Assembly: GCA_930987745.1 (NCBI GenBank)
Contig: CAKNKX010000006.1
Span: forward strand, 799-64,798
Origin: an uncultured Clostridium sp.
GTDB lineage: Bacteria; Bacillota; Clostridia; TANB77; CAG-508
DNA length: 64,000 bases
Direction: 5' to 3'
Shown: one piece after another, positions 47,621 to 57,657 of the stretch
Layout: every line of letters begins with the position of its first letter
How positions within the stretch are numbered: the stretch's first letter is position 1
Program-made: the position numbers and the translations under genes
The notes under the pieces: model-generated
Databases searched by the model: none
What the model saw: only the letters and a program-made list of their open reading frames with translations
Told to the model about the DNA's origin: nothing

Positions 47621-49018
47621 TTATTCTTCCCAGAATGCTAAATATGCTTTATATGCAGAATAAACATCAAATTTACTTGTTACTTCATAAGGAGCATGCA
47701 TTGAAAGTACTGGCACACCACAATCTATTACATCTGCACCTTTATTAGCTATAATATATGCTATTGTGCCTCCTCCTCCGACATCTACTTTTCCAAGTTC
47801 TGCTACTTGATATCTAATGTTGTTTTTCTCTAATACATTTCTTACCCAAGCAACATATTCTGCATTTGCATCAGACGCTCCTGATTTTCCTCTTGAACCT
47901 GTATATTTGTTTAGACTAATTCCTTTTCCTAAAAATCCTGCATTTTCTTTATCTGAAACTGATGCATATATTGGGTCAAAACCCGCATCAACATCTGATG
48001 ATAACATCTTTGAAAAACAAAATACTTTATCTAATAAGTTTGGCTTATTTACACCTAATTTATTTAATATTTCTGAAATAAAGAAATCAAACATATGTGA
48101 TTCCATTCCAGTATTTCCTATACTTCCTATTTCTTCCTTATCAGATAATATACAAATTGCTGTGTTTTTTACATTTTTTAATTCCATCATTGCTGCAAGC
48201 GATGTATATGCACACACCTTGTCATCTTGACCATATGCTGCTATCATACTACTATCAAATCCTAAACTTCTTGCTTTAAACTCAGGCACCAATTCAATTT
48301 CTGCACTTGTTAAATCTTCTTCAGTTATTCCATATTTTTTATTTAAAATATCTAAAATATTTAATTTTACTTTTTCTGAAACTTTTTCATCATTATATGG
48401 AATACTTCCCACCAATAGTTGCAAATCTTCTCCATCTATACTGTTTTTTAACTTTTTCTCCATTTGGTCTTGTGCTAAATGTGGTAATAAGTCTGTTATT
48501 GTAAATATTGGATCAGATTCATCTTCTCCTATATTTATTTCTATTTTTTCTCCATTTGTTTTTACAATTACTCCATGCATACTAAGTGGAATAGTTGTCC
48601 ATTGATATTTCTTAATTCCTCCATAGTAGTGTGTTTTTAAATATGCTAATCCTGTATTTTCACATAGAGGATTTGGCTTTAAATCTAACCTTGGAGAATC
48701 CACATGTGAACCTATTATATGCATTCCTTTTTCTATAGACTCTTCTCCAATAATTCCTAAATACATACTTTTTTCTCTATTTATAAAATATATTTTGTCT
48801 CCTGGCTTTAATGTTTCATATTCCATGATATCTTTAAATCCATTTTCATCTGCTAGTTTTTTAGCATTTTTTATAAATTCTCTTTCTGTTTTAGATTTAT
48901 TTAAAAATTCCATATATTTTTCAGATACTTCAAACACTTCACTTTTTTCTTCTTCAGATATTTCTTCCCAACCTGTTTTTTTGTTTTTAAATAATTTTTC
49001 TTTTAATTCTTCACTCAT
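47621..49018 (-). CDS. M18-family aminopeptidase
   Basis: 465 aa with IIGSHVDSPRLDLKP, a C-terminal GGGGTIA...LSMHAPYE region, and length and layout typical of M18 (ApeA-like) aminopeptidases. Confidence 0.85.
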   Translation of the reverse strand: MSEELKEKLFKNKKTGWEEISEEEKSEVFEVSEKYMEFLNKSKTEREFIKNAKKLADENGFKDIMEYETLKPGDKIYFINREKSMYLGIIGEESIEKGMHIIGSHVDSPRLDLKPNPLCENTGLAYLKTHYYGGIKKYQWTTIPLSMHGVIVKTNGEKIEINIGEDESDPIFTITDLLPHLAQDQMEKKLKNSIDGEDLQLLVGSIPYNDEKVSEKVKLNILDILNKKYGITEEDLTSAEIELVPEFKARSLGFDSSMIAAYGQDDKVCAYTSLAAMMELKNVKNTAICILSDKEEIGSIGNTGMESHMFDFFISEILNKLGVNKPNLLDKVFCFSKMLSSDVDAGFDPIYASVSDKENAGFLGKGISLNKYTGSRGKSGASDANAEYVAWVRNVLEKNNIRYQVAELGKVDVGGGGTIAYIIANKGADVIDCGVPVLSMHAPYEVTSKFDVYSAYKAYLAFWEE

Positions 49019-49346
49019 ATTTTTCCTCCTTATCTTTTTCCATAGTATATCACTTTCTAAAATATTTTTCCACTATTTTTACATTTTATTCCTTATTTTA
49101 CATTTTTTGTTATATTAATTTTATATAATTTATTTTTTCCATTCTTTTTATGAAAAATTTACTAATTTTTGTTGACTTGTATGCATTTTTTTGCTATTAT
49201 TTCTTTAATAAATCATATATTTATATATGTTTATTTTTTGTTTATTGAACTAGATTTCTTCTTACCAAGTAATCTAGTTCTATTTTTTTCTCATAAACTA
49301 TTGCCAAACTTAAAAATTTGTGTTATATTATATTGGTAACTTATTT

Positions 49347-49422
49347 CGAGGCGTAGCGCAGTTGGTAGCGCGCGTGGTTTGGGACCATGAGGTCGCAGGT
49401 TCGATCCCTGTCGCCTCGACCA
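49347..49422 (+). tRNA. tRNA-Pro (anticodon TGG)
   Basis: cgaggcgtagcgcagttggtagcgcgcgtggtttgggaccatgaggtcgcaggttcgatccctgtcgcctcgacca forms a cloverleaf with anticodon loop uuUGGga. Confidence 0.9.
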
Positions 49423-49568
49423 TTTTTTTGCAATTTTTGCAAAAAGTCGAGAGAATTTATAAAAATTCAAAAACATTCAAATATGCTATTTTCTAAAAAA
49501 ATTAGGAAATAGCATATTTTTATATTCTTGAAAAATTCTAAAAAATGCTGAAAAATTTGAATATTTTA

Positions 49569-49674
49569 TTCCGCAAAAAATTCCGCAACACATTTTTTTA
49601 CTACTTTAGGGAATAAAAAAATTTCCGCAAAGTTAGTTTTCCTTTATATATCAACAAAAAGTCCTATTCCGCAA
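49569..49674 (+). repeat. Four direct copies of (A/T)TTCCGCAA upstream of repA (iteron/operator-like)
   Basis: TTCCGCAA occurs at 49569-49576, 49581-49588, 49623-49630 and 49667-49674, all in the same orientation. Confidence 0.7.
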
Positions 49675-49702
49675 AATTATTTTAGAAAGGAAAACTATTG
49701 TT

Positions 49703-50269
49703 ATGGATTTTATACCTTATAAAGTAAATGAGGTTTTAGAAAATGTCTTTTATCAAATTCCAAAAGAATTATTTACAAACCTAGCTTACAATAATCTAGA
49801 TTCTAATAGTATTTTACTATATGGACTATTGCTAGATAGATTATCTGTATCTATGAAAAATAAATGGATTGATAAAGAAGGAAATATATATCTTATTTAC
49901 TCAAGAAAAGAAGCACAAAAGATGTTAAAGCTTTCTGATAAACCTGTATCGAAAGCTTTTAAAAAGCTTGAAGAAGCAAAACTTATATATGAAATAAGAA
50001 GTGGATTTAAAAAGCACAATATTATATATGTTGGAAAAATAGTCCACCAAAGTGTTGAAAAAACTATGAATCGTATAATGTCCGATTCAAGAAACGGAGA
50101 AAATACGATTCATGAATCGGAGAATGTACGATGTAGTAATAATAAATATAATAAAAATAATTATAGTAAAAAGAGATTCCCTGAAAAAAGTGGATGGAAT
50201 TATGAGCAAAGAAAATACACTGCAGAAGAACTTGAATCTTTATACTGTAATATACCGAAAGGAGAATGA
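49703..50269 (+). CDS. repA: RepA_N-family replication initiator
   Basis: 188 aa. The N-terminus FYQIPKELFTNLAYNNLDSNSILLYGLLLDRLSVSMKNKWIDKEGNIYLIYSRKEAQKMLKLSDKPVSKAFKKLEEAKLI is the typical RepA_N winged-helix region. An internal 19-nt direct repeat lies at 50083-50101 and 50106-50124. Confidence 0.8.
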   Translation: MDFIPYKVNEVLENVFYQIPKELFTNLAYNNLDSNSILLYGLLLDRLSVSMKNKWIDKEGNIYLIYSRKEAQKMLKLSDKPVSKAFKKLEEAKLIYEIRSGFKKHNIIYVGKIVHQSVEKTMNRIMSDSRNGENTIHESENVRCSNNKYNKNNYSKKRFPEKSGWNYEQRKYTAEELESLYCNIPKGE

Positions 50270-50634
50270 ATTTTATGAGAAATAATATAACTTATCACAA
50301 AGAAGGAGATTATTTAATACCTGATTTAACAATTGAAAATGATAATAAAAACTATCATATTGGAAAGTATGGACATTTAAGACTTAAATATCTTAAAGAA
50401 CACAAAATAGGATTTTATACTGAATTAATAATGGTTGGACAACTTGCAAATCATTTATCAGATGTTAATGAAGTTGCTACTAAAATGGTTTCAGATACTG
50501 TAAAGAAACTAGCAAAGCAAGAAGGAATAAACGAAGAATTAAAAGCAACAAATCAACTCGAGTGGGTACAAGCTATGAATAATATAGAAAATAGAGCAGA
50601 AGAAATTGTATTTAAAGAATTAATATATAGATAG
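50266..50634 (+). CDS. tnpV: TnpV-like protein (as in Tn4451-type elements)
   Basis: 122 aa. NITYHKEGDYLIPDLTIEN...GKYGHLRLKYLKEHK...LANHLSDVNEVA matches TnpV proteins as I remember them. Confidence 0.7.
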   Translation: MNFMRNNITYHKEGDYLIPDLTIENDNKNYHIGKYGHLRLKYLKEHKIGFYTELIMVGQLANHLSDVNEVATKMVSDTVKKLAKQEGINEELKATNQLEWVQAMNNIENRAEEIVFKELIYR

Positions 50635-50667
50635 CTATTAAAATATAACAAATCAGATTTTGCTTAA

Positions 50668-50818
50668 AAGGTAGTTATATTCGATTTTATTATAAAAAGA
50701 ACATAACTACCTTATTCACTTCATTAAATCGATTTATTTGCCAATATAAAATGAAGTGAATTAGAAAAAGCAGTTCTGCTTTTTCTATATAGAGGAAAAA
50801 TAAATTTTTCCTCTATAT
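50668..50818. repeat. Array of four consecutive perfect hairpins between tnpV and mob (sso-like or stacked terminators)
   Basis: The stems are 50668-50678/50703-50713 (11 bp), 50714-50725/50750-50761 (12 bp), 50765-50773/50776-50784 (9 bp, T-run) and 50787-50800/50805-50818 (14 bp). Confidence 0.7.
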
Positions 50819-50905
50819 GCAAAAAATTGTGATAGCAAATTTTTGCTAAAACATAAATTGAGTAATACACGAAATTTGTGTTTTGGGGTTGTAGGGTATC
50901 CCTGC

Positions 50906-50952
50906 CACACTAACACTTTTTTGCCAATAGGCTATAAAAGTGTTGTAGTGTG
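50906..50952 (+). promoter_or_regulatory. Candidate oriT (RSA-type inverted repeat) upstream of the MobV relaxase
   Basis: CACACTAACACTTTT (50906-50920) is nearly complementary to AAAAGTGTTGTAGTGTG (50936-50952). It sits in a locally GC-richer non-coding stretch directly 5' of mob, as in the pMV158/Tn4451 MobV families. Confidence 0.55.
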
Positions 50953-51076
50953 TTACAATACTTCAAAGAATTTGCTAAGCTCGCACTATTGCAATACCAG
51001 TATTTGTTCTTACAGGAAGGCTAACGCCTCCTGCAAAGCTATGCTAAAAAATACATCAAAGGAGGTGCATATAAAG

Positions 51077-52258
51077 ATGAGTTATGCTATTATAAGAAAT
51101 GTGAAATATAAAAGAGATAATCTAAAAGGAATATATAGGCACAATGAAAGAAAAAATTATAATTATTCTAACAAAAATATTGATAAAGAAAAAACTTATT
51201 TGAATTACTCATTAAAACAACCTATGTATAGTTATGAGAAAGAATTTGACAGGCTGAGGAAAGAATATGATTTAAAAGGACAAATAAAAACAGTTAGCAA
51301 TATTGCTTGTGAATATATTATTACATCAGATAAAGATTTTTTTGATAAAATTGGAGAAGAAGAAACAAAACGATATTTTAAAACAGCATATAAGTTTGTA
51401 TCTGAATATAAAAACTTAAGTGAAAAATATATAATGTCTGCACAGGTGCATATGGATGAAGAAAGTCCACATATGCACCTTGTTTTTTTACCTGTTGTTC
51501 ATACCACCGATAAAAAAGGCAATAATATAGATAAACTAGCTTGTAGCGAGTTTTGGAGAGAAAAAGATAGTTATAGACAACTACAAAATGCTTTTTATGA
51601 ATATATGGTATCACATAATTTTGAATTAGAAAGAGGATTACCAAAACAAGAAACTAATAGAAAACACATAGATTTAGCTGAATATAAAGAATTAACTAAC
51701 TTTGAGAATACTAAAAAGCTAGTTGAAAGTATTACCTATGATATTCCTGAAGAAACAGATATAAAAGATTTGAAAAAATTTATGTTCAATAAAAATGAAA
51801 AAATTTTAAATGATGTTATAAAACCAAAAGAAGAAATAATAAAAGAATTAGCTATTGAAAATAAATCACTAAAAAAGGAGCTTTCAAAACAATCTAAAAT
51901 TGTAAATGAAGCTACTAAATATCAAAAAGAACGTGATTCTATAATTGCTGATAATAGAGCTTTGCATAATAAAGTAGACAATTTAGAAAATGAATATAAG
52001 AAAAAATCCTCTACTCTTGAATGGGAATATGAAAATAAATATAACAAGTTAGAAAAGGAAAATAATAGGCTTTACAAAATAATTGATAGATTCTATACTG
52101 CCATTGAAAAATTCATTGAATGGATTTGTAATAAATTTAATTTTGGAGAATCAAAAGAGCTTATTCGAAACTTTGAAAAAGAAACTAATACTTTTATAGA
52201 TCCAGTAAAACAAATAACTAAAGAAGAAAGAGAAAAAGAATGGGATAGGGAACTATAA
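51077..52258 (+). CDS. mob: MobV-family (Mob/Pre) relaxase
   Basis: I moved the start to the ATG at 51077, which has a GGAGGTG RBS. MSYAIIRNVKYKRDNLKGIYRHNERK..., HMDEESPHMHLVFLP (HxDE...PHxH motif) and a long coiled-coil tail follow. The track's longer ORF would read through the oriT region. Confidence 0.88.
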   Translation: MSYAIIRNVKYKRDNLKGIYRHNERKNYNYSNKNIDKEKTYLNYSLKQPMYSYEKEFDRLRKEYDLKGQIKTVSNIACEYIITSDKDFFDKIGEEETKRYFKTAYKFVSEYKNLSEKYIMSAQVHMDEESPHMHLVFLPVVHTTDKKGNNIDKLACSEFWREKDSYRQLQNAFYEYMVSHNFELERGLPKQETNRKHIDLAEYKELTNFENTKKLVESITYDIPEETDIKDLKKFMFNKNEKILNDVIKPKEEIIKELAIENKSLKKELSKQSKIVNEATKYQKERDSIIADNRALHNKVDNLENEYKKKSSTLEWEYENKYNKLEKENNRLYKIIDRFYTAIEKFIEWICNKFNFGESKELIRNFEKETNTFIDPVKQITKEEREKEWDREL

Positions 52259-52329
52259 AAACTAGATGTTATTACACATCTAGTTTTTAACTGTTTAATT
52301 CTCTTTGTACCATTGATTTATCATCTAAA

Positions 52330-53211
52330 CTATTTGTTATCATAATTTATCTCTATTTCATTTTTCAGTTTTCTTTTTTCTCTACTACAGCTAAAATTAA
52401 TTAATATACCTTTATCTTCATACCCAGCATTAATATATGCTTTATTAGATGCTGGATAACTATAATCTGTATATAGTAGTGGTTGTAATCCCCTATTTAA
52501 TAATTTCTCTGTTAAATCATGGATTAAATTAGTTGCATAAGATTTTCCTCGTTCTTCTTCTAATGTGAAAACATGTCCTATTCTTGCAGTATCTCCTAAT
52601 ACTTGAAAGTTAGCAATACAAACTATTTTGCCATCTTTATTTTTCCAACAAAATAATCGTTTTTGGTCTATTTGTCTCCCCATTTCTTCTGTTAATTCTT
52701 CTAAAGAATCTTCTTTTATACTTTTTAAAGTTTTATTAGCAAATTCTACAAACTTAATAAAAAGAGTTAATAGTTCTTTATCTTCTTTATTTGTACATAA
52801 AACCATATTTCCATCTACTGACTTTACACTTTTTACTTTATCACAAGATAAAAATCCTAATTCAAAATAGTCTTCTTTGTTAAGTTTATCATAACCACTT
52901 TGTGTTAAAAAATCATAATATTCTTTTTTGCAAGTAAATTGATCATATTCCAAATTAGTTAAAAATTTACTTATAACTTCTTTTGTTTCCTCAAGTATTC
53001 GTCTATCTTCTAATCCATCTTTTGTCCAAATCCATGTTGGCATTCCTACTTTATTTCTTGCAAAAAAATAATTTTCTTCATCACTATATAATAATATTTC
53101 ATCTCCTGCTAAAATTTTTGATACAATATTAAACTTATATTTATCCTCTTGAAATTCTGCAATTTCAAAAATTGAATTATTGGGTTCTATTTTCTTATAC
53201 ATTCTTATCAC
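52330..53211 (-). CDS. GNAT-domain protein (293 aa)
   Basis: The C-terminal acetyltransferase core has EEERGKSYATNLIHDL (motif A-like). Confidence 0.65.
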   Translation of the reverse strand: MIRMYKKIEPNNSIFEIAEFQEDKYKFNIVSKILAGDEILLYSDEENYFFARNKVGMPTWIWTKDGLEDRRILEETKEVISKFLTNLEYDQFTCKKEYYDFLTQSGYDKLNKEDYFELGFLSCDKVKSVKSVDGNMVLCTNKEDKELLTLFIKFVEFANKTLKSIKEDSLEELTEEMGRQIDQKRLFCWKNKDGKIVCIANFQVLGDTARIGHVFTLEEERGKSYATNLIHDLTEKLLNRGLQPLLYTDYSYPASNKAYINAGYEDKGILINFSCSREKRKLKNEIEINYDNK

Positions 53212-53752
53212 TCCATTCTATAAATTCTTCTTTCAACAATCCTGTTACACATTCATCTACATATTCATTTGTTGCTAAGCAAAAATATTTTTTTCTTCTT
53301 ACTCCCTCATCTTTATAGCCAAGCTTTAATTGCATATTATGAGATTTATCATTTCCTTTAAAATATCCGTTTTCAATTCTTCTTAATCCTAAAATATCAA
53401 AGCAATATCTATTTCTGCTACTGAAAGCCTCTGTACCATAACCATTCTTTTGGTATTTTTCATTAAGCCATATTCCACCACCGCAAGTTCCATCTTTTTT
53501 ATTAATATTTCTAATTTCTGTACCTCCAATAACTTTATTACTAGATTTTAATACTATTGCTAATGAAATTTTAACATTTTCATCTTGGCTTTTCGCATAT
53601 TCTATAAATTTTTTAGCATCATTTTCAGTATATGGATAAGGAACACTAGCCATCCATTTTGCAACCTCTATATTATTTAATCCTTCTACTATATCTTTTA
53701 CATCGCTATCTTCCCAATTTCTTAAAATAAGTCTTTTACTTTCAATTTTCAT
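53195..53752 (-). CDS. GNAT family N-acetyltransferase (RimJ/RimL-like)
   Basis: 185 aa with an N-terminal SKRLILRNWEDSD motif and motif A KYQKNGYGTEA. Confidence 0.8.
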   Translation of the reverse strand: MKIESKRLILRNWEDSDVKDIVEGLNNIEVAKWMASVPYPYTENDAKKFIEYAKSQDENVKISLAIVLKSSNKVIGGTEIRNINKKDGTCGGGIWLNEKYQKNGYGTEAFSSRNRYCFDILGLRRIENGYFKGNDKSHNMQLKLGYKDEGVRRKKYFCLATNEYVDECVTGLLKEEFIEWSDKNV

Positions 53753-53754
53753 TG

Positions 53755-54819
53755 CTAACTCACTCCTAACATTTGAAACAAATACTTATCGGTATATTCC
53801 TTTAATTTGTCTTTATTATTTTTTAATTTATTCATTAATTGCTTTGCTTCTTCATAAGCATTTTCATATTCTTCTTTAGTCATTTCTCTTTTGTTAAAAG
53901 CCTCTTTCAATTCATCTTCATCAAGTAATATAATCTCTCCACTTGGTGTTACAACAACATCAAGATATAGGTCATCCTCATAAGGTATTCCATTATCTTT
54001 GCCAATTTCTCTTGCTATATCAAAATACCATTCAATAATTTCACTGTTTTCATCATAAATAGCAGTTAATTTTACTTTTGAAGAATAATCATAAAATTCT
54101 AGCCATTTATAATTATTGTCCATTATGCATTTTCCATTTGGTATAAGTAATTTATCTTTAACATCAATAAATTTGTAAAAATAAATATCGCCACTAAAAT
54201 AGTCATCTGAAATAGATATTATTCTTAAATCGGCATTTGCTCTATTTCCAACAAATCTATCTGCATATCTTTTCTTTAAACTAATCCAATATCTTTGAAT
54301 TGTTCCTGATTTACTTAAACCTACTTTATCTATAACTTCATTTTCTAGCACACCACCATTTGCTATAATGGTTTTTGCTGATCCTATATTTTCTTTATCA
54401 CAAGTTAGTAAAACTCTATTAATATTCATAGATTTACATTTAGGTAAAATCTGCTTTAACATTTCTGTAGCATAACCTTTTCTTCTTTCATCTGGAATTA
54501 CACTATATCCAATATTTCCACCATAATTGTATAAAAAATCTGTTAATCTTTTTCTAATATCAATAATTCCTATAAGTTTGTTATCACTTTTTCTAATCCC
54601 CAAATATACATCTGATGGAACATAGTTTTCTCCATATTTTTTAGATAGCCTGTTTTCAAAATTAAGCCATTCTTCGTATGTATTACATTCTTCTAATCCA
54701 GCACAACCATCAAAAGACTCCTCATTTTCTAAAAATATCTTTCTGTATTTCATTACTTGCTCTTTATATTCACTTGTTGGAATAATTAATTCTAATCTTT
54801 CTTCATTCAAATCAAACAC
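53755..54819 (-). CDS. GNAT acetyltransferase fused to a DUF402-like C-terminal domain
   Basis: 354 aa with motif A PDERRKGYATEML. The C-terminal half (YDYSSKVKLTAIYDE...WYFDIA...YEDDLYLDVVVTPSGE) resembles DUF402/FomD-type domains. Confidence 0.7.
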   Translation of the reverse strand: MFDLNEERLELIIPTSEYKEQVMKYRKIFLENEESFDGCAGLEECNTYEEWLNFENRLSKKYGENYVPSDVYLGIRKSDNKLIGIIDIRKRLTDFLYNYGGNIGYSVIPDERRKGYATEMLKQILPKCKSMNINRVLLTCDKENIGSAKTIIANGGVLENEVIDKVGLSKSGTIQRYWISLKKRYADRFVGNRANADLRIISISDDYFSGDIYFYKFIDVKDKLLIPNGKCIMDNNYKWLEFYDYSSKVKLTAIYDENSEIIEWYFDIAREIGKDNGIPYEDDLYLDVVVTPSGEIILLDEDELKEAFNKREMTKEEYENAYEEAKQLMNKLKNNKDKLKEYTDKYLFQMLGVS

Positions 54820-54845
54820 CTTCTTTTTAAATTTTTTATGTTATA

Positions 54846-55352
54846 TTATTTTCTTGAATCTTGTGGAATAAATTGGAAATTATCAAAAACAGATATTCCC
54901 TCATCTAGTAAAACTTTACCCACAATATATTTTTTACTGCTTCCAATATTTATTAAACTTTCACATGATGGTTTTGTTTTTCCTCCACTTGTTTTATTGA
55001 TAAATTCTTGTGGTACAGAATAATATATTTTTCCTATTTTAGCCCATCTTATAGCACCTGAACAAAGAATACAAGGTTCACCTGAACATATTAAAATATA
55101 ATCTTTTAAATATACAGATTTTATTTTTTGGCAATATTCTCTAATCACAAGAGTTTCCGCATGTGCAGTAGGATCAAATAACTCAATACATCTAGTCGGC
55201 GATTTATGACAAAAATTATATTCTGGATCTAACAGTACAGCTCCAAAAGGATTTTCTCCATTTTTCTTTGAAATTTTTGCTTCTTTAATAGCAATTCTCA
55301 TATATTTTTCAATTATTTCCATTTTGTCTATATTTTTCTCTATTACATTCAT
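54846..55352 (-). CDS. Cytidine/deoxycytidylate (nucleoside/nucleobase) deaminase-family zinc enzyme
   Basis: 168 aa with zinc ligand motifs TAHAE and GEPCILCSGA (H-A-E ... P-C-x-x-C). Confidence 0.85.
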   Translation of the reverse strand: MNVIEKNIDKMEIIEKYMRIAIKEAKISKKNGENPFGAVLLDPEYNFCHKSPTRCIELFDPTAHAETLVIREYCQKIKSVYLKDYILICSGEPCILCSGAIRWAKIGKIYYSVPQEFINKTSGGKTKPSCESLINIGSSKKYIVGKVLLDEGISVFDNFQFIPQDSRK

Positions 55353-55364
55353 TTATAATTCCTC

Positions 55365-55779
55365 CTACTTTTCAATTCTCAACGTCATTCCATATCCTGT
55401 ATAGTCAAAAGGTATTGTTCTAAATCCACATTTTTCATAAAATTTTTCTTTTCCTTTCATGGATATTAAATTTATATTACACTTTTGTCCTACATCAGTC
55501 CAATTTTCTATATCTTTCATTATTGATTCAATTAATAATTTACCTATACCTTTTTTCTGATAATCTGAATGAACAACAACATCAACAATTAGGTAATATA
55601 ATATCTCCAATTGCTCTTGCCATTCCTATTGTTTTATTTTCAAAAGATACTTTTTTTATTACAATACTATTTTCTAAGGCCTTTAGTATTATATTTCTAT
55701 CTTTTGAATCCCAACCTACTGAATTTCTTAATTGATTATACTCTTCTGGAATTATATTACTTTCAATTTTATAATCCAT
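55365..55779 (-). pseudogene. GNAT acetyltransferase split by a frameshift (not at a CGG)
   Basis: Two overlapping ORFs in different frames, ...TIGMARAIGDIILPNC* and MEILYYLIVDVVVHSDYQKKGIGKLLIES..., together make one GNAT. The break is near 55590-55605. Confidence 0.7.
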
Positions 55780-55844
55780 ATATTTTCATCCCTTTCATTT
55801 TTACATATTAGAAACACTATTTCTTCTTTTATATTCATTATATA

Positions 55845-56336
55845 TTATAAACTTTTAATTAATTTTACATATTTTCCATCTGCATCTTCGCCTATATATT
55901 GAATTTTTGTAAATCCTAATCCAACATATAATTTTAAAGCGATATAGTTGTCTAAATTTACACCTAAAGATAATTCCTCATATTTTTGCTTTTTTGCATA
56001 ATCTATAGCATAATTCATAAGTTTCTTACCATATCCTTTACCTCTTAACCCTTTTTTTACGATTATTCTTGAAATATATAATCGTTTTCCTGGAATTGTA
56101 TAATCCTCATCATTTTTATTAAAAACTATTGATATTTCAGCTATATATTCTTTATCTTTCATATATACAAAAGTTATCCTATTTTTATTTAATAATTCTT
56201 TATAAAATCTATCTTTTAAATCCTTATTTTTTTCCATATTCCAAATATTGTTACATTTCTCAAAATTTTTTATATCCAATTCAATTATTTCATCCATGCG
56301 AAATCTCCTTTCATTATTATATTTTAGAAATATCAT
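55845..56336 (-). CDS. GNAT family N-acetyltransferase
   Basis: Motif A is VKKGLRGKGYGKKLMNYAI. The true start is probably the internal Met (MDEIIELD). Confidence 0.8.
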   Translation of the reverse strand: MIFLKYNNERRFRMDEIIELDIKNFEKCNNIWNMEKNKDLKDRFYKELLNKNRITFVYMKDKEYIAEISIVFNKNDEDYTIPGKRLYISRIIVKKGLRGKGYGKKLMNYAIDYAKKQKYEELSLGVNLDNYIALKLYVGLGFTKIQYIGEDADGKYVKLIKSL

Positions 56337-56614
56337 ATTTATATATTATTTCTTCATATTCTTTATTTCCAAATATTATTTTTTCTGTTTTTAATACTTT
56401 ACCTTCCATTTTCTCATAGAAAGCCCTTCCCTTATAATAAAAAAATAAGCCTCACAAAAGAATCTTTTTTAAGACTCCTTTGCAAGACTTTTATATAATC
56501 TCACTTTCGTGTAAACAATCAATATATTTTAATTGTCCTTTATCGCTCGGATTTTGTAACCCTAGATAAACTCTTAAATTATGTTTTCTATTGTAGCATA
56601 TTTTCTTATTTTTG

Positions 56615-57637
56615 TCAAGTTTGCATAATTGCTATCTCTAGTTCGATTTCATCTTTTATAGGTAGTCCATTATCTGCATATAAAGGTATTTGTGGTTTTA
56701 ATTTTCTTGAATACTCTTCAATGCTATTCTTAAATAAATTAGAAAATGTAAAACCCCTTTTTTGATAAAATTCTAATCCTCTAATATTATCATTTGTTGT
56801 GATCAACTTAATTCTGCTACAACTATTTTTTTCTGCATATTCTTTAACTTTATTTATTAATGCTGTTCCAATTCCTTTATTTTCAACAAAACTATTTAAT
56901 GAGCATATTTCACATTCATTTGCTTCTACCATATATGTAATTAATCCAATGATTTCGTTATTTTTTAATGCAATAAAACCATCTAATTTTGTTCCATCAA
57001 TGACTTTCCCTCTAATTATAATATCAGTTGCTTCCCACTCATTAATTAAAATTGCATTAACTTTTTCTCTATCTTTTTCTTCTAATTTTACTATTTCATA
57101 AAAAAATTCTTCGTCATCCTTTAATTGCTTTGAATAATAATTAACTAAAATCTTTTCTGGTTCTTCATTTTCATTTTTAGCAGGATAAATTTCATAAGCT
57201 GTTTTTATATAATCTGTAAATCCATAGTTGAAATAAATCTTTATATTCGTTGTTTCACAAGGTTCTACACCTAATGTTAGTTTTGAATATCCTCGTCTTT
57301 TTAAATCTTTTTCCATAAAATTATATAACTTTGAAAAATATTTTTTGCCTTGATATTCTTCTCTAGTTCTAAAAGCAGACAAATATGCTGTGTTATCATT
57401 TACTAATCCATCGCTATTTTGGACATTTACACTAGTAATAAAGGCAGTTGCCTCTGATATTACTATACCATTAAGTATTCCATAATATACTATTGTATTT
57501 CTATTTTTCATATCTTTAATAGCTTTTTCTTTCCAAATTTTCCAAGCATTATTATCTTTATGTATTTCAACTAAATAATTCCAATTTTGTTCCATTTCTT
57601 CTATTGTTGCAATCTTACAAATATACTCGCCCATCAT
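56615..57637 (-). CDS. Tandem double-GNAT acetyltransferase
   Basis: 340 aa with two acetyltransferase cores (REEYQGKKYFSKLYNFM and FVENKGIGTALINKVKEYA). Confidence 0.75.
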   Translation of the reverse strand: MMGEYICKIATIEEMEQNWNYLVEIHKDNNAWKIWKEKAIKDMKNRNTIVYYGILNGIVISEATAFITSVNVQNSDGLVNDNTAYLSAFRTREEYQGKKYFSKLYNFMEKDLKRRGYSKLTLGVEPCETTNIKIYFNYGFTDYIKTAYEIYPAKNENEEPEKILVNYYSKQLKDDEEFFYEIVKLEEKDREKVNAILINEWEATDIIIRGKVIDGTKLDGFIALKNNEIIGLITYMVEANECEICSLNSFVENKGIGTALINKVKEYAEKNSCSRIKLITTNDNIRGLEFYQKRGFTFSNLFKNSIEEYSRKLKPQIPLYADNGLPIKDEIELEIAIMQT

Positions 57638-57657
57638 TTTCCCCTTCTTAATCCAAA

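Noticed and set aside
49291-49476. 61-aa ORF overlapping tRNA-Pro on the opposite strand
   Set aside because: Its relatively GC-rich, Arg/Pro-rich translation is simply the antisense of the tRNA. The same holds for 25826-26014 over the tRNA-fMet promoter and 5' end.
49500-49700. CRISPR-like array, suggested by the repeated TTCCGCAA and the repeated 'aaaaat' motifs
   Set aside because: The repeats are only 8 nt long with irregular spacing of 12-44 nt and no cas genes. They fit iterons or operators upstream of repA. No CRISPR array was seen anywhere in the window.
50843-51076. N-terminal extension of the Mob ORF in the track (start at 50843)
   Set aside because: The extension reads through the GC-richer oriT-like inverted repeat. 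It has an odd Cys/His-rich composition and lacks an RBS. The ATG at 51077 has a GGAGGTG RBS and gives the canonical MobV N-terminus.
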